64,000 bases of DNA, from the NCBI GenBank assembly GCA_965242925.1, contig CBDEUM010000037.1, positions 1 to 64,000 of the forward strand, given 5' to 3'. The notes under the pieces are model-generated. The model did no database searches and was not told the DNA's origin. It was given only the letters and a program-made list of their open reading frames with translations. Shown here one piece after another: positions 1 through 10,700 of the stretch; within the stretch, counting starts at the first letter, position 1; each line of letters opens with the position of its first letter. The position numbers and the translations under genes were made by a program. This DNA is from Roseibacillus sp. (GTDB taxonomy: Bacteria; Verrucomicrobiota; Verrucomicrobiia; Verrucomicrobiales; Akkermansiaceae).

Positions 1-1
1 C

Positions 2-844
2 ATTGAGGGCGAGAACCTGCAGACCGGCAGTGCGCAGTTCGTCGGCGCGGTCGCGGAGGTGGCCCAGTTCCTCAAGGCAGGGGGCGCACCAGGTGGCCCA
101 GAGGTTGACGAGGAGGCTCTGGTTGCCGAGCGTGGCCTGCCCCTGGCTGTTGCGGACATTGAGCTTGGGAGCGCGCAGGTGGGTGACGACCGGAATGCGG
201 GCCTTGACCGAGGAAGGGGAAGGCTCCTGCAATCCTGGGGTGAGGGCGGTTATCCGTTTTCCGGTGGCGACCGGTTGGGGGGTTCCCGTGCCCTGGAGGA
301 GAAGATAGTGCCGGTCGACCGCTACGCCTGGGAAGGATTCCACCGTGCCATCGGGCCAGCGCACCCTGATCCCGGCGATGTCCCTTTCCTCTCCGAGGCC
401 GAAATGGAGCCACTTGCTGGATTGGGCCAGAAAGCCCTCGCCCCCCCGCAGGGAACGGACCAGGTGGTGCAGACTCTTGGCCTTGGGAATCAATTCCACC
501 CGGGCACCGATGGCATCCCGATTGACGGAGGTCCCGTTTCCGCGGAGACGCAATGAAAGGAAGTGGTTCTTCCCGTTTCCCTCGTTGAGCAGGAGGCGCA
601 GGCGCGGGGCGTTGCGGTTGCTGATCCAGAGGTCGAGGTTTCCGTCCTGATCCCAGTCGCACACCGCGAGGGCCCGACCGTCGTCAGGGAAGTCGAGTCC
701 GCTCCCGGCGGAAAGGTTGGCGAAGCGTCCGTCACGGGTGTTGAGAAAGACGCAATTGCGCTCCTGCCCGCTGAAGGAGCGCCCGGAATCGATCATGGCG
801 GAAAGGGCGACGTGGGCACCGGTGGCTGCCGGATCGGATGGCAT
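2..844 (-). CDS. C-terminal part of the FG-GAP protein: last FG-GAP repeat, ASPIC/UnbV domain and TlpA-like thioredoxin-fold domain (runs off window edge)
   Basis: Not in the ORF track because it has no stop in the window. Manual minus-strand translation from ATG 844 gives ...GRSFSGQERNCVFLN...DWDQDGNLDLWISNR...RDAIGARVEL...GEGFLAQSSKWLHFGLG...VRWPDG (ASPIC/UnbV), then LLVNLWATWCAPCLEEL (WATWCAPC at 100-77). Confidence 0.85.
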   Translation of the reverse strand, partial: MPSDPAATGAHVALSAMIDSGRSFSGQERNCVFLNTRDGRFANLSAGSGLDFPDDGRALAVCDWDQDGNLDLWISNRNAPRLRLLLNEGNGKNHFLSLRLRGNGTSVNRDAIGARVELIPKAKSLHHLVRSLRGGEGFLAQSSKWLHFGLGEERDIAGIRVRWPDGTVESFPGVAVDRHYLLLQGTGTPQPVATGKRITALTPGLQEPSPSSVKARIPVVTHLRAPKLNVRNSQGQATLGNQSLLVNLWATWCAPCLEELGHLRDRADELRTAGLQVLALN

Positions 845-861
845 TTCGCTCGAATCGAGGG

Positions 862-893
862 TGGCGCGACACGACCTGTCGCCAGAAGAAACT
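862..893 (-). promoter_or_regulatory. Candidate bacterial SECIS hairpin downstream of in-frame UGA (896-894)
   Basis: Minus strand: UGA, 11 nt, then GCGACA-GGUCG-UGUCGC (882-866). This is a perfect 6-bp stem with a G-initiated loop 17 nt from the UGA, extendable by UG/CA. Confidence 0.6.
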
Positions 894-2789
894 TCATAAG
901 TCGCCGCTGTCTCTTTCGGAGGAGAGGTAACCGTTGGCCACCACGAAGTCGGGCCAGGCGTCGTTGTTAAGATCCACGAAGTTGGAACCCCAGGCCCAGC
1001 GCCCAACAGTGACCCCGGTCTGCACGCTCACGTCCTCAAAGCCCTCGCCGGTGTTGCGGAAGAGGGTGTTGCCGCGGGCGAATCGGCGGAAGCGGTTGCG
1101 AATGTTCTGATCGGTGCCGGTCTTGAACTGTCCCTGGGTGGTGATGCGGGAACCGGCGGCAGAAAACATGTTGGCCACGTAGATGTCCATGCGGCCGTCG
1201 CGGTCGTAGTCACCCCAGGCCGCCGACATGCCGCTCCCGACATCCTCCACCCCGGCGCTGGCTGCCACGTCGACAAATTTCCCATTGTCATTGCGGTAGA
1301 GATTGTTCCGGCCGTAGTCGTTGGCGACGTAGAGATCCTGGTCACCGTCTTCGTCGTAGTCCTCCCATGCCGCTGCGAAACTCCAGCGCAGGTTGTTTTG
1401 ATCGAGGCCGGTGGAAGCGGTGACATCATGGAAGGCCAGGTCACCGACGTTGCGGAAGAGGGAATTGGGCGCCCCGTTCCTGGCGTCGTGATAGACGAAG
1501 AGGTCATTCGCGGCCCCGATGGAGGCACCGCCGTCGTCCTGGACATAGCCGCAGACGAAGAGATCGAGGAGGCCGTCACGATCGTAGTCGGCGGCAGCGA
1601 GCGAGGTGGTGGAAGGATTACAAGGCAGGGCGGCGGCGACCGTGAATCGTTTCCGATCGTCGTTACGGGCAATGACCACCATCCCGTAGAGGGCCACCAC
1701 GAGATCCTGGTCGCCGTCGTTGTCGAGATCGAGGAAGAGGGCACTGCGGGAGTCATCGATCCAGTCGACACCCCAGGCGGCGGAGGTTTCTTCGGCGGTG
1801 CCGTCGGGTTTCTGCAGGAAGAGGCGATTGGGGAGCCCTGGCTCCTGGCAGAGATAGAGATCCTCCAGGCCATCGCCATTGATGTCTCCGAGTGCAAGTC
1901 CCGGTGTGCCAAAGCGGTTGAGCATGGCGCGCACGGGAAGGCGGCCCAGCCAGTGGTTCAAGCCAAGTCCAAGCTGGTTGCGGTAGCAGGGGGTGTCGCC
2001 GAGTGCAGATGCGGTTACGTCGGAGTAGAGAGGGGTGCTGCGCTTGCTCGTGGTGCGTGCGAAGTCCCGCACGGCCAGATGGGCCAGGGCGGGGAGGGAG
2101 TTCTGGTCGGGTCCGTGCTTCCAATCCGCGAGCCATGTGGCGTGATGCTCGACGAGGGTCTTGTCGGTGGAGAAGGAGAGGGAGAAGATCACCTCGGTCT
2201 TAAAGGTGTTGCCGGCGGATCCGGGGGAGACGCCCACGATCTTGAATTCCACATCCTGATGGTTTCGGCCGCCGCCCCGCGAAAGCTCCCGGATTTCTGC
2301 CAAGGCGCTTGCAAGGGCCTTTTTACTGGTCGGCGCAGGCGTGGGGGAGGTTTGTCGTTCGACCAGGACCAAGTCGTCTTCAAAGACTGGGCTCATTCCG
2401 GCGGGGACGAGGGGTTCGCAGGTGAAGCCCGGCGCGAGGAGAGCGGCCAGGTCGGCACCTCCTTCCTTGAAAAAGAGGTGGCCCAGTGCCTTGAGCTGCT
2501 TGCTTGCGTTTGCCGCCAGCACTTCCGTTTCCCAGCCGTCGGTTGAGGGGTCGTCCCGCGCCTGTGGAAAGGAGGACAGGACTTCCGGGAGGGGTTCCCC
2601 CGGGGCTTTGAGGGAGAGAGGAGACGGATCGGTTCCGAGGTCGGGCGTGGGTGTATTCCCGGTGTCCTTTTCCCTTTCGCCACACCCAGGAGCGAGGAGG
2701 GTGATTGCCACGGCGCCGGCCCACAGGAGTGCGCGCCATGCGCCGGGGAGGGTTCGGGGACGAAAACGGATTGGAGGAGGAGATCCCAT
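894..2789 (-). CDS. FG-GAP/VCBS-repeat (CRTAC1-like) lipoprotein, N-terminal part; probably continues through the UGA
   Basis: Lipobox LAPGC. Multiple DxDxDG repeats (GDINGDGLEDL, DLDNDGDQDL, DYDRDGLLDL, DYDEDGDQDL, DYDRDGRMDI, DLNNDAWPDF). Ends abruptly at SGDL-UGA. Confidence 0.85.
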   Translation of the reverse strand: MGSPPPIRFRPRTLPGAWRALLWAGAVAITLLAPGCGEREKDTGNTPTPDLGTDPSPLSLKAPGEPLPEVLSSFPQARDDPSTDGWETEVLAANASKQLKALGHLFFKEGGADLAALLAPGFTCEPLVPAGMSPVFEDDLVLVERQTSPTPAPTSKKALASALAEIRELSRGGGRNHQDVEFKIVGVSPGSAGNTFKTEVIFSLSFSTDKTLVEHHATWLADWKHGPDQNSLPALAHLAVRDFARTTSKRSTPLYSDVTASALGDTPCYRNQLGLGLNHWLGRLPVRAMLNRFGTPGLALGDINGDGLEDLYLCQEPGLPNRLFLQKPDGTAEETSAAWGVDWIDDSRSALFLDLDNDGDQDLVVALYGMVVIARNDDRKRFTVAAALPCNPSTTSLAAADYDRDGLLDLFVCGYVQDDGGASIGAANDLFVYHDARNGAPNSLFRNVGDLAFHDVTASTGLDQNNLRWSFAAAWEDYDEDGDQDLYVANDYGRNNLYRNDNGKFVDVAASAGVEDVGSGMSAAWGDYDRDGRMDIYVANMFSAAGSRITTQGQFKTGTDQNIRNRFRRFARGNTLFRNTGEGFEDVSVQTGVTVGRWAWGSNFVDLNNDAWPDFVVANGYLSSERDSGDL

Positions 2790-3049
2790 CGACCGGGGTC
2801 GCTCCTTCAGTCGCGGAGCATCCCCACTCTTCGCCGAAATGTGGCGGTAGGCAAGGCGTTAGCTTGTCCGGGGTACTTCCTCGTCCCGGCATTTTGCGGT
2901 TGGCCGGACAGGACTCCAAGGATTCCGGGAACAGGATTTTCTTCATCGGGTGACGGGCGGGATTGGTCCTGGAAAAAATCAGTGCGGGAGAAGCGGGAGT
3001 TTTCTATGATCGCTCTGCGGTGCCTCTCGCCGTGTTCCCGGATTCCCTG

Positions 3050-6000
3050 ATGACCACCCGCCAGCGCCCAGTGCCTTCAGGGGCAACCTTCGACGTCGCC
3101 TTCTGGGGTGTTTCGCTGTGCTTCCTTCTCTCGGGGATCGCGGGGCTGGTCTACCAGATGGTCTGGATGCGTTATCTTTCCACGATCTTCGGCACCTCAG
3201 AACTGGCCATCGTCACGGTGCTGGTGGCTTACATGGGGGGGTTGGCGGTGGGAGCGGCCCTGGCTTCCCGCCGGGTGCACCGGCTGGAGCGCCCTATCCG
3301 AACTTACGCGATCCTGGAATGCGTTATCGCGCTCTCCGCTGTGTTGGTGCCGTTGCTGCTCAAGGGCGTGGCGGCATTGCATGCCATGTTGCTGGGTGGC
3401 CAGTCGGCTCCGCCCCCGGATGGCGGCCCGGGAGAAGCGCTGGCCTTTCTTGGCCTTGGTTGTGTGGTCCTGCTCATTCCCACCGCCTGCATGGGAGCGA
3501 CCCTGCCCATCCTGGCGGCGGGAATCGTGCGCAGGGAGGAGCAGATTGGCAGACGGGTGGGCTGGCTCTACGCTCTCAACACCTTTGGGGCGGTGGCGGG
3601 AACCCTGCTGGCGGCCTTTCTTTTCATTCCGCGGCTGGGCCTGTGGCAGACGTCCTTCATCGGAGTCGCGCTCAACCTCACGGTGGCGGTTCTTGGCTGG
3701 TTCGTGGCCCTGCGGGTTCCGCGGGTGAGCGTCGGGGAGGCAGTTGAGGGTGAGGAGGCGGTGAGCGCCGGGGAAAAGGATGAGGAGAGTCTCACCGGGA
3801 TGCCTTCCGGGATCTCTGCAACTCTCATTCTGGTGGTCATGCTGTTCTCAGGTGCGGTTTCCTTTGTCTATGAGATCCTCTGGTCGCGGTTGCTGGCTCA
3901 CGTAGTGGGAGGAAGCCTCGTGGCCTTCGCCACCATGCTGGCGGCCTTCCTGGGGGGGATCGCCATCGGGGGGTTGCTGGGTGCCCGCTTCGCCGGGCAG
4001 CAGAGGCGTTCCTGTTACTGGCTGGCCGGGGTGGAGATCGCGGCCGGGCTGATCACCCTCCTGCTCTTTCTCTACCTCTCGTCGAGCGGCTTCGCAGACA
4101 AGCGCTGGGGCGAGGCGACGACAGGCTCGCTGGCAAATCTCTGCATCTGGTTGCTCCTCCCGGCCACCATCTGCATCGGGGCCACCTTTCCGCTGGCGGT
4201 GCGCGCACTCACCAGGGACCCGGGGCAAGCCGGACGGATGGCGGGACGCGTCTATTCATGGAATACGGTCGGAGCTATTTTCGGAGCAGTGGGCGCGGGC
4301 TACGTTCTCGTTCCAGAACTGGGGTTTGGATCGAGTTTCAAGTGGGCGATCGTGGTCAATCTCCTGCTGGGTGCCCTCATCCTGATCTTCATGAAGCCGC
4401 GTCCGTCCATTCCGGCAGCGGCGGCAGCGGTCCTGGTCCTGGTCACGGGGGTCTTTTATCATCCGGGGCCTCCTCTGGAGTTGCTCACGCTCACGCCGGG
4501 GGTTTCCCGGGCCGGAGGGGGGAAGACCCCGGTGCTCATTCATCACGCGGTGGGGCATTCCGCCAGCGTGGCCGTCCTGGAGCGACAGGGGAGTTTCCTG
4601 CTGAACACCAATGGTCTGCGCGAGGCTGAGGTTTTTGCGAGGGGCGCGGGCAAGCTTTCCTACACCAGTATCCGGTGGCTTCCGGCCCTGCCCGTGGTCC
4701 TGCGTCCTGAATCCAGATCCATGCTGGTGGTCGGTTTCGGCGGCGGAGCCCTCCTGGAAGCAGTGCCGCGTTCAATCGAGTCGATTGAGGTGGTGGAACT
4801 GGAGGCTGAAGTGATTCGAGCCAACCAGTTCATTGCCGACCGGAGGGCCATCGATCCTTTCCAGCGATGAGCGCATCAAGGTGATCGTGAATGATGTGCG
4901 GGGAGCCCTTCGCCTCACCGACAAGCGCTATGATGCGATCGTTTCCCAGCCCTCCCATCCCTGGACCGCGGGAGCTTCCCATCTTTACACCCGTGAGTTT
5001 CTTGATCTGGTGCGCGATCACCTTGAGGAGGAAGGGACCTTCGTGCAGTGGCTGGGGGCGCAGTTCGTGGATGAGAATCTGCTGCGCTCGTTCTGTGCCA
5101 CCATGCTGGCGGTCTTTCCCCACACCCAGCTCTATCTCATCAGCGATAACTTCGTTTTTGTGGGATCGCGAAAATCCCTGGAGGATCCCTTTCTTCCGGG
5201 TGCGACGCCGGAGGGAGGGCTTTTCCGGTTCAGCGATTATCCCAAGCTGGCCAACAGGGAGGATGTTCTCGCCAAGTTGCAGCTGGACGAGGCGGGGTGC
5301 CGCAGGCTGGCGGCAGGATATGCGGTGGTTACGGACGATCGCAACCTGATGGCGACCGGGCAGAAACTGGATGGGAGGCGGGAGGGGGCAATGAACGGGC
5401 CCAGGAGGCTCCGGGAGGTGCTGAGTCCGCTGCACTTCCTCAACCAGGAATCGGGCAAACTGCTGGAGGAGATGACAGGAGGGGCGATCGACCGGGACTA
5501 TCTCGACCGTCTCTTGCGGGGGAGTGCCCGGCACATCGATCTCACCCACTATCGAGCCAGGAAACTCTCAAGAGACGACCAGCGTCCCGCCCGGGTCCGG
5601 GCGTTGGACGTCAGTCGCCGCCTCGAGCTTGGCCGACGGGGCTGGAAGGCACGGGGCCGGGGAGCAGGTCCCCGGGAGTTGGCCGAGCTTCTGGCGGAGG
5701 ACGAGACGCTGGCAGGTGAGTTTGGGAAACTCAGTGAGCGGCAGCGGTCGCTACTGGAGGCGGAGCACTGGATGTTGACCGGGCAGTTGCAGCGAGCCCG
5801 GAAGCTTCCGCCCCAGGCCTACCTGCTGGAGGATCACCGTGATCCCCTGTATGTGACGGCAGCCGAGATACGACTGCGCTGCCTGATGGATGTGGCGGGG
5901 AAATCGGTAGCGGAACAGGAGAGCGATGCCCGCAAGGGGGCCGATCTTCTCGATCACCTGCTTTCGCTCACCCTGGTGAGTAATTTGACCCTGACGACCC

Positions 6001-6275
6001 AGCGGATCGAGTTGGCGCATCGCCTCGGGGACACCGATTACCTGCGTGCGATGGGCTGGATCCTGGCACGCCGCTTGGCCACTGCGCCTGCCAGGGCCCC
6101 GGAGCAGATGAAGGATCTCTACCGGGCTCCGCTGGGAGCTATCCTGAAGCCCTACGCCAGCCGTGATCCACAGGGACGGTTGCGCTTATCGAACAAGGCT
6201 ATCGACGAGTGGTACCGTGAGGCGCGGAGCCAGATGGGGGACAGGATCTTCCCGGTGGACTACCGCCGGAAGTAA
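3050..6275 (+). CDS. Fused MFS-like membrane domain / spermidine-synthase-like SAM-binding protein (frameshift at ~4861)
   Basis: Duplicated TM module (LSGIAGLVYQMVWMR; FSGAVSFVYEILWSR), then VVGFGGG...VVELEAEV and DAIVSQPSHPW...LYTREF. ORFs 2963-4870 and 4833-6275 join as IDPF-SDERIKVIVND if one C of 4861-4862 is removed. Confidence 0.85.
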
Positions 6276-6305
6276 ACGGCACGAGGTCCTGAAGCCCGGG
6301 CCTGC

Positions 6306-7715
6306 CTACGCCAGGATTTCCTTTACGATCTTGCCATGCACGTCGGTGAGGCGGAAGTCACGCCCCTTGAAGCGGAAGGTCAGGGCTTCGTGGTCGATTC
6401 CCAGGAGATGAAGGATGGTGGCCTGGAGGTCGTGGACGTGAACGGGCTTTTCAGTCACGTTGTAGCTGAACTCATCGGTAGCCCCGTGAATCATTCCGGG
6501 ACTGATGCCGCCGCCGGCCATCCACATTGAGAAGCAGGCCGGATGGTGATCGCGTCCGAAGTTCTTGTTGCGGGTCTGGGCGTAGGTGGTGCGGCCGAAT
6601 TCTCCCCCCCAGATGACGAGGGTGTCTTCAAGCATACCGCGGTCCTTGAGGTCCTGGAGGAGGGCGGTGGTGGGGCGGTCGACCGCATTGATCTTGCCCT
6701 TGATGGCATTGGTGATGCCGTCGTGGTGATCCCAACCGCGATCGTAGAGCTGGATGAAGCGCACACCCGCCTCGGCAAGGCGACGGGCGAGAAGGCAGTT
6801 GGCTGCGAAGGATGCCTTTCCGGGTTGGGCGCCGTAGCTCTCAAGGACGCTCTTTGGTTCCCGGGAGATATCCATCAGCCCGGGGACCGAGCCCTGCATG
6901 CGGTAGGCCAGCTGGAAGGCGTCGATGCGGGCTTCGATCTCGGGGTCACCCGACTGTTGGAGCTTGAGTTGGTTGAGGGCGCTGATGCGGTCGATGGTCT
7001 TCCTGCGGTTTTCCTTCGACATGCCCTTCGGGTTGGAGAGGAAGAGGACGGGATCGCCGGAGGACTGGAACTTCACGCCCTGGTGCGTGCTGGGAAGAAA
7101 TCCGTTATGCCAGTAGCGGGAGGGGACGGGCTGGCCACCACCAGAGAGAAGAACGACGAAAGCGGGCAGGTTTTCGTTGGCACTCCCCAGGCCGTAGCTG
7201 AGCCAGGAGCCCATGCTGGGTCGGCCCGAGAGCGGACTCCCGGTCTGCAGGAAGGTGACCGCCGGGTCGTGGTTGATGGGATCGGTGGTGGTGCTCCGGA
7301 TCAGGCAGATGTCGTCCGCGATCTCCGGCATGTGCTTGAAGAGGGTGTTCATGTCCATGCCGGCCTGGCCGTGCCGGGCGAACTTGTGCTGGGAGGCCAT
7401 CACGTTGATGGCGCCCTGTCCGCTCGTCATGGTGGTGAGGCGCTGGTTTCCCCGCACCTCGGCAGGGAGTGGTTTGCCATCCCATTTGGCCAGGTCGGGC
7501 TTGGGATCAAAGGTTTCCAGCTGGGAAGGCCCACCCGACATGTGGAGATAGATGACGCGCTTGGCCCTGGGGGTGAAGTTGGGGAAGCCGGACAGTCCGG
7601 CAGCGGGAGCGGTGTTGCTGGAGGAGAAGAGCTGGGCGAGGGTGGCCGCACCGAGCCCACAGGAGGTACGGGCGAGGAAGGTGCGGCGGGTGTGTAAATC
7701 CTGATATTCGCTCAT
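6306..7715 (-). CDS. DUF1501 family protein (Tat-exported, alkaline-phosphatase/sulfatase-like)
   Basis: TRRTFL Tat motif; AKRVIYLHMSGGPSQLETFDPKP; GWDHH; GEFGRT; GRDHHP; RLTDVHG. Confidence 0.92.
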   Translation of the reverse strand: MSEYQDLHTRRTFLARTSCGLGAATLAQLFSSSNTAPAAGLSGFPNFTPRAKRVIYLHMSGGPSQLETFDPKPDLAKWDGKPLPAEVRGNQRLTTMTSGQGAINVMASQHKFARHGQAGMDMNTLFKHMPEIADDICLIRSTTTDPINHDPAVTFLQTGSPLSGRPSMGSWLSYGLGSANENLPAFVVLLSGGGQPVPSRYWHNGFLPSTHQGVKFQSSGDPVLFLSNPKGMSKENRRKTIDRISALNQLKLQQSGDPEIEARIDAFQLAYRMQGSVPGLMDISREPKSVLESYGAQPGKASFAANCLLARRLAEAGVRFIQLYDRGWDHHDGITNAIKGKINAVDRPTTALLQDLKDRGMLEDTLVIWGGEFGRTTYAQTRNKNFGRDHHPACFSMWMAGGGISPGMIHGATDEFSYNVTEKPVHVHDLQATILHLLGIDHEALTFRFKGRDFRLTDVHGKIVKEILA

Positions 7716-7718
7716 CGG

Positions 7719-10700
7719 TCACTCGCGGGTAATCGTTTCGTCGAGATTGAGGAGGATGTTGCCCACCGCGGTCCAGGCGGCCAGTTCGACGGGATCGGCA
7801 CCTTCCGCAGGGGTGGATTTTCCATTGCTGATGAGTTGCCCGGCGCGGTCGGGGTGGGCACGGAACTCCTCCCGTTGCTCAGTGAGGGTGGCAGACAGGA
7901 TCTTTAACTCGGTCTGCGGCGGGGGGCGGGAGGTGGCGAGGGTGAAGGCGAAGGTGAGGCGGTCCTGGTCGGTGCTTCCTCCCTCCGAGAGGATGCGTTG
8001 CCCGAACAGGCGGGCAGCTTCCACGAAGGAGGGGTCATTCAGGGTGACGAGGGCCTGCAGCGGGGTGTTGGTGCGGGGGCGGTTGACGGAACAGAATTCG
8101 CGGCTGGGAGCATCAAAGATCTGGAAGGTGGGGTAGAGCATGGTGCGGCGCCAGAAGGTGTAGAGCCCCCGGCGGTAGAGGGCCGCGCCGCTGCTCTCCT
8201 TCCATCCCTTGCCGATGCTGCTGAGGTAGTTCGCGGGCTGGTAGGGAAAGACGCTCGGTCCGCCGAGGGTGGGATTAAGGAGTCCGCTGATGGAGAGTGC
8301 GCCGTCGCGGACTTCCTCGGCCGAGAGACGGAAGCGGGGGGCGCGGGAGAGGAGTCGGTTGCCGGGGTCACGGGTCCGGTAGCGCTGTCGGTTGACTGAC
8401 GATTGCCGATAGGTGGCGGAAGTGAGCATGAGACGTTGGAGTCGCTTGACGTTCCAGCCATGCTCGATGAAGTCGGCAGCCAGCCAGTCCAGCAACTCCG
8501 GATGGCTCGGGCGTTCCCCCTGGGTGCCGAAGTCCCCGAGGGTTTTCACCAGTCCAGTGCCGAAGAGCTGTTTCCAGAGGCGGTTTACCATCACCCGGGC
8601 CACCAGGGGGTGGCGGGGGTCGGTGAGCCAGTAGGCCAGTCCGAGGCGGTTGCGGGGTTGGTTGGCGGGCAGGCGGGGGAAGATGGCCGGCACGTCCGGT
8701 TGGACCTCTTCGCCCGGTTGGCGGAAGTCGCCACGCATGAGGACGTGGGCCGGTTTGCGCTTCTCCATCTCGACCATCACCATGGTGGTGGGGAGGGACT
8801 TGTCGACCTGGTCGAGTTCTTTCCTCGTGTTCGCCACCTCGGACTCCAGCTTGCGGAAGAGGTCACGCGACCCGGCGTGCACATAGTTGATGAAGTGGGA
8901 GAAGAGCTTCTTCTGTTCGTCTTCCGTGCGTTCCTTCCCGGGTTTGGCGGCAAGAGCCATGATGTCGGCGGGAGCCGGGTTCCATTCCCCGTCGATCTTG
9001 TACTTGGTGCCAAGATGGAACCCCACTGCAGCCTGCTCGCTGGCATCAAGGGCGCGGTCGTAGACGAGGACTTCCGCGAAGTCGGCGGCCGTCTTCTCCG
9101 CGCCCGCGTTATTGGCTCCGATGGTGATGGCCTTGTTCTGGAAACCGGAAAGGCTCACTCCTCCGCCCCCTCCGTCCTTGCCATTAAGACGGAAACGGGT
9201 GTCGTTGTTCTGGCCCTGCTGCGTGATGATGGCGATCACGGGGACGATCCGCTTGAGGTCCGCACTACCCACCATGTCCGCGCCGTAGCCATTGAAGCTG
9301 AACTTGTTCTTGTCCGTTTTCCAGAAGGCGCGCCGTTTGCCCTGGGACTCGTCACCCCACATGAGGGCCATCTGGTTCCGGGCGAGATCATTGAATTGCA
9401 GGACGAGCACCATGGTGAAGTCAGCGCCGAGCTGACCGGCCCCGGATGCGGTGCGAAGGAAGTCGTTCTTGCCATCGAGCCGGATGGCCGGGTGGCCGTT
9501 GAGGGCCCGGCCGAACTGCTTGGGTTGGCCGGTGGCGATCGCTGTCCGGTTGTTTCCGGAAAGGTCCGGCCATTCTTTCACGAATCCGCCGGGTGCGTCG
9601 AAGGAACCCGCGTCAAGATGCAGTTGCAGGCCGTTGTTGACCGGCAGAACCCCGGTCTGGGGCAAGGCGAGGGAAGTGACCCACTCCCTGAGGGCCGGGG
9701 CGAGGTTGCCCCCGGGATCGGTGAACTCCGGACGTTCGCGGGCGGCCTTCAGTTCCGCGGTTCTGGTGTCCAGGCGGGCTTGAAGGTCGGTCCGCTTCTG
9801 CTGATGGGTTCCGGTGCGAACCTTGAGGAGCGGGGGAAGGGGTTTGTTGTGGTAGCCGCTTCGGCCTCCGGCCCCGATCTCGCCGTCCACGCTGTTGAAG
9901 AAGGCGTAGAGTTGGTAGAACTCCTTCTGCGAAATGGGATCATACTTGTGGTCGTGGCACTGGGCGCAGCCCACCGTGAGGCCGAGAAAAACCTGACCGG
10001 TGGTGTTGGCGCGGTCCACCGCGTAGGTGACGTAGAATTCATCGGGATCGGCCCCTCCCTCCTCGTTGAAGGTCACGCAACGGTTGAACCCGGAAGCCAC
10101 CCGGGTGGTGTCGTCGGCATCCGGGAGAAGGTCCCCGGCCATGTTCTCCACGATAAAGCGGTCAAAGGGTTTGTTCCGGTTGAAGGACTCGATGACGTAG
10201 TCCCGGTAGAGCCACATGTCGCGCACGGAGTCGTTGTGATAGCCGTTGGTGTCGCCGTAGCGGGCGAGGTCGAGCCAGTCCTGGGCCATGCGTTCGCCGT
10301 AGTGCGGGGAATCGATCATGGTCTCGATGAGGCGGGCGAACTGTTCTTCGCCGTTGCCCGTCGAATGCCCGGCCAGTTCCTTGAGTGAAGGAGGAAGTCC
10401 ACGCAGGTCGAGGGAGATGCGCCGCACCAGATTCCGGCGAGTGGCCTCGGGGGAGGGTTCCATCTGTTGTGCTTCCAGGCGGGCGAGGATGAAGTTGTCG
10501 ATCGGATTGCGGGGCCAATCCCCATCCTTGACCGGTGGCATCGCGGGTTTCTCGACCGGGAGGAAGGCCCAGTGTTGTTCGTAGTGCGCCCCTGCCTTGA
10601 TCCATCCAGCGAGTTTCTCCCTGGCACCATCACTGAGGCGTTTGCGAAAGTCCGGCGGCGGCATCATCTCGTCGGGATCCTTGGAGAAGATCCGGCGAAC

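Noticed and set aside
894..896. Genome-wide UGA reassignment (Trp/Gly) as the explanation for the in-frame UGA
   Set aside because: Many genes here end at TGA at their expected C-termini (e.g. 13342, 16157, 22736, 43505), and Trp is encoded by TGG throughout.
4855..4870. Second selenocysteine UGA in the spermidine-synthase-like gene
   Set aside because: The conserved continuation is in a different frame, and the TGA arises only after the +1 slip at ~4861.
6306..7715. Calling DUF1501 proteins sulfatases
   Set aside because: They lack the CxPxR formylglycine signature seen in the true sulfatases at 14739 and 27701.
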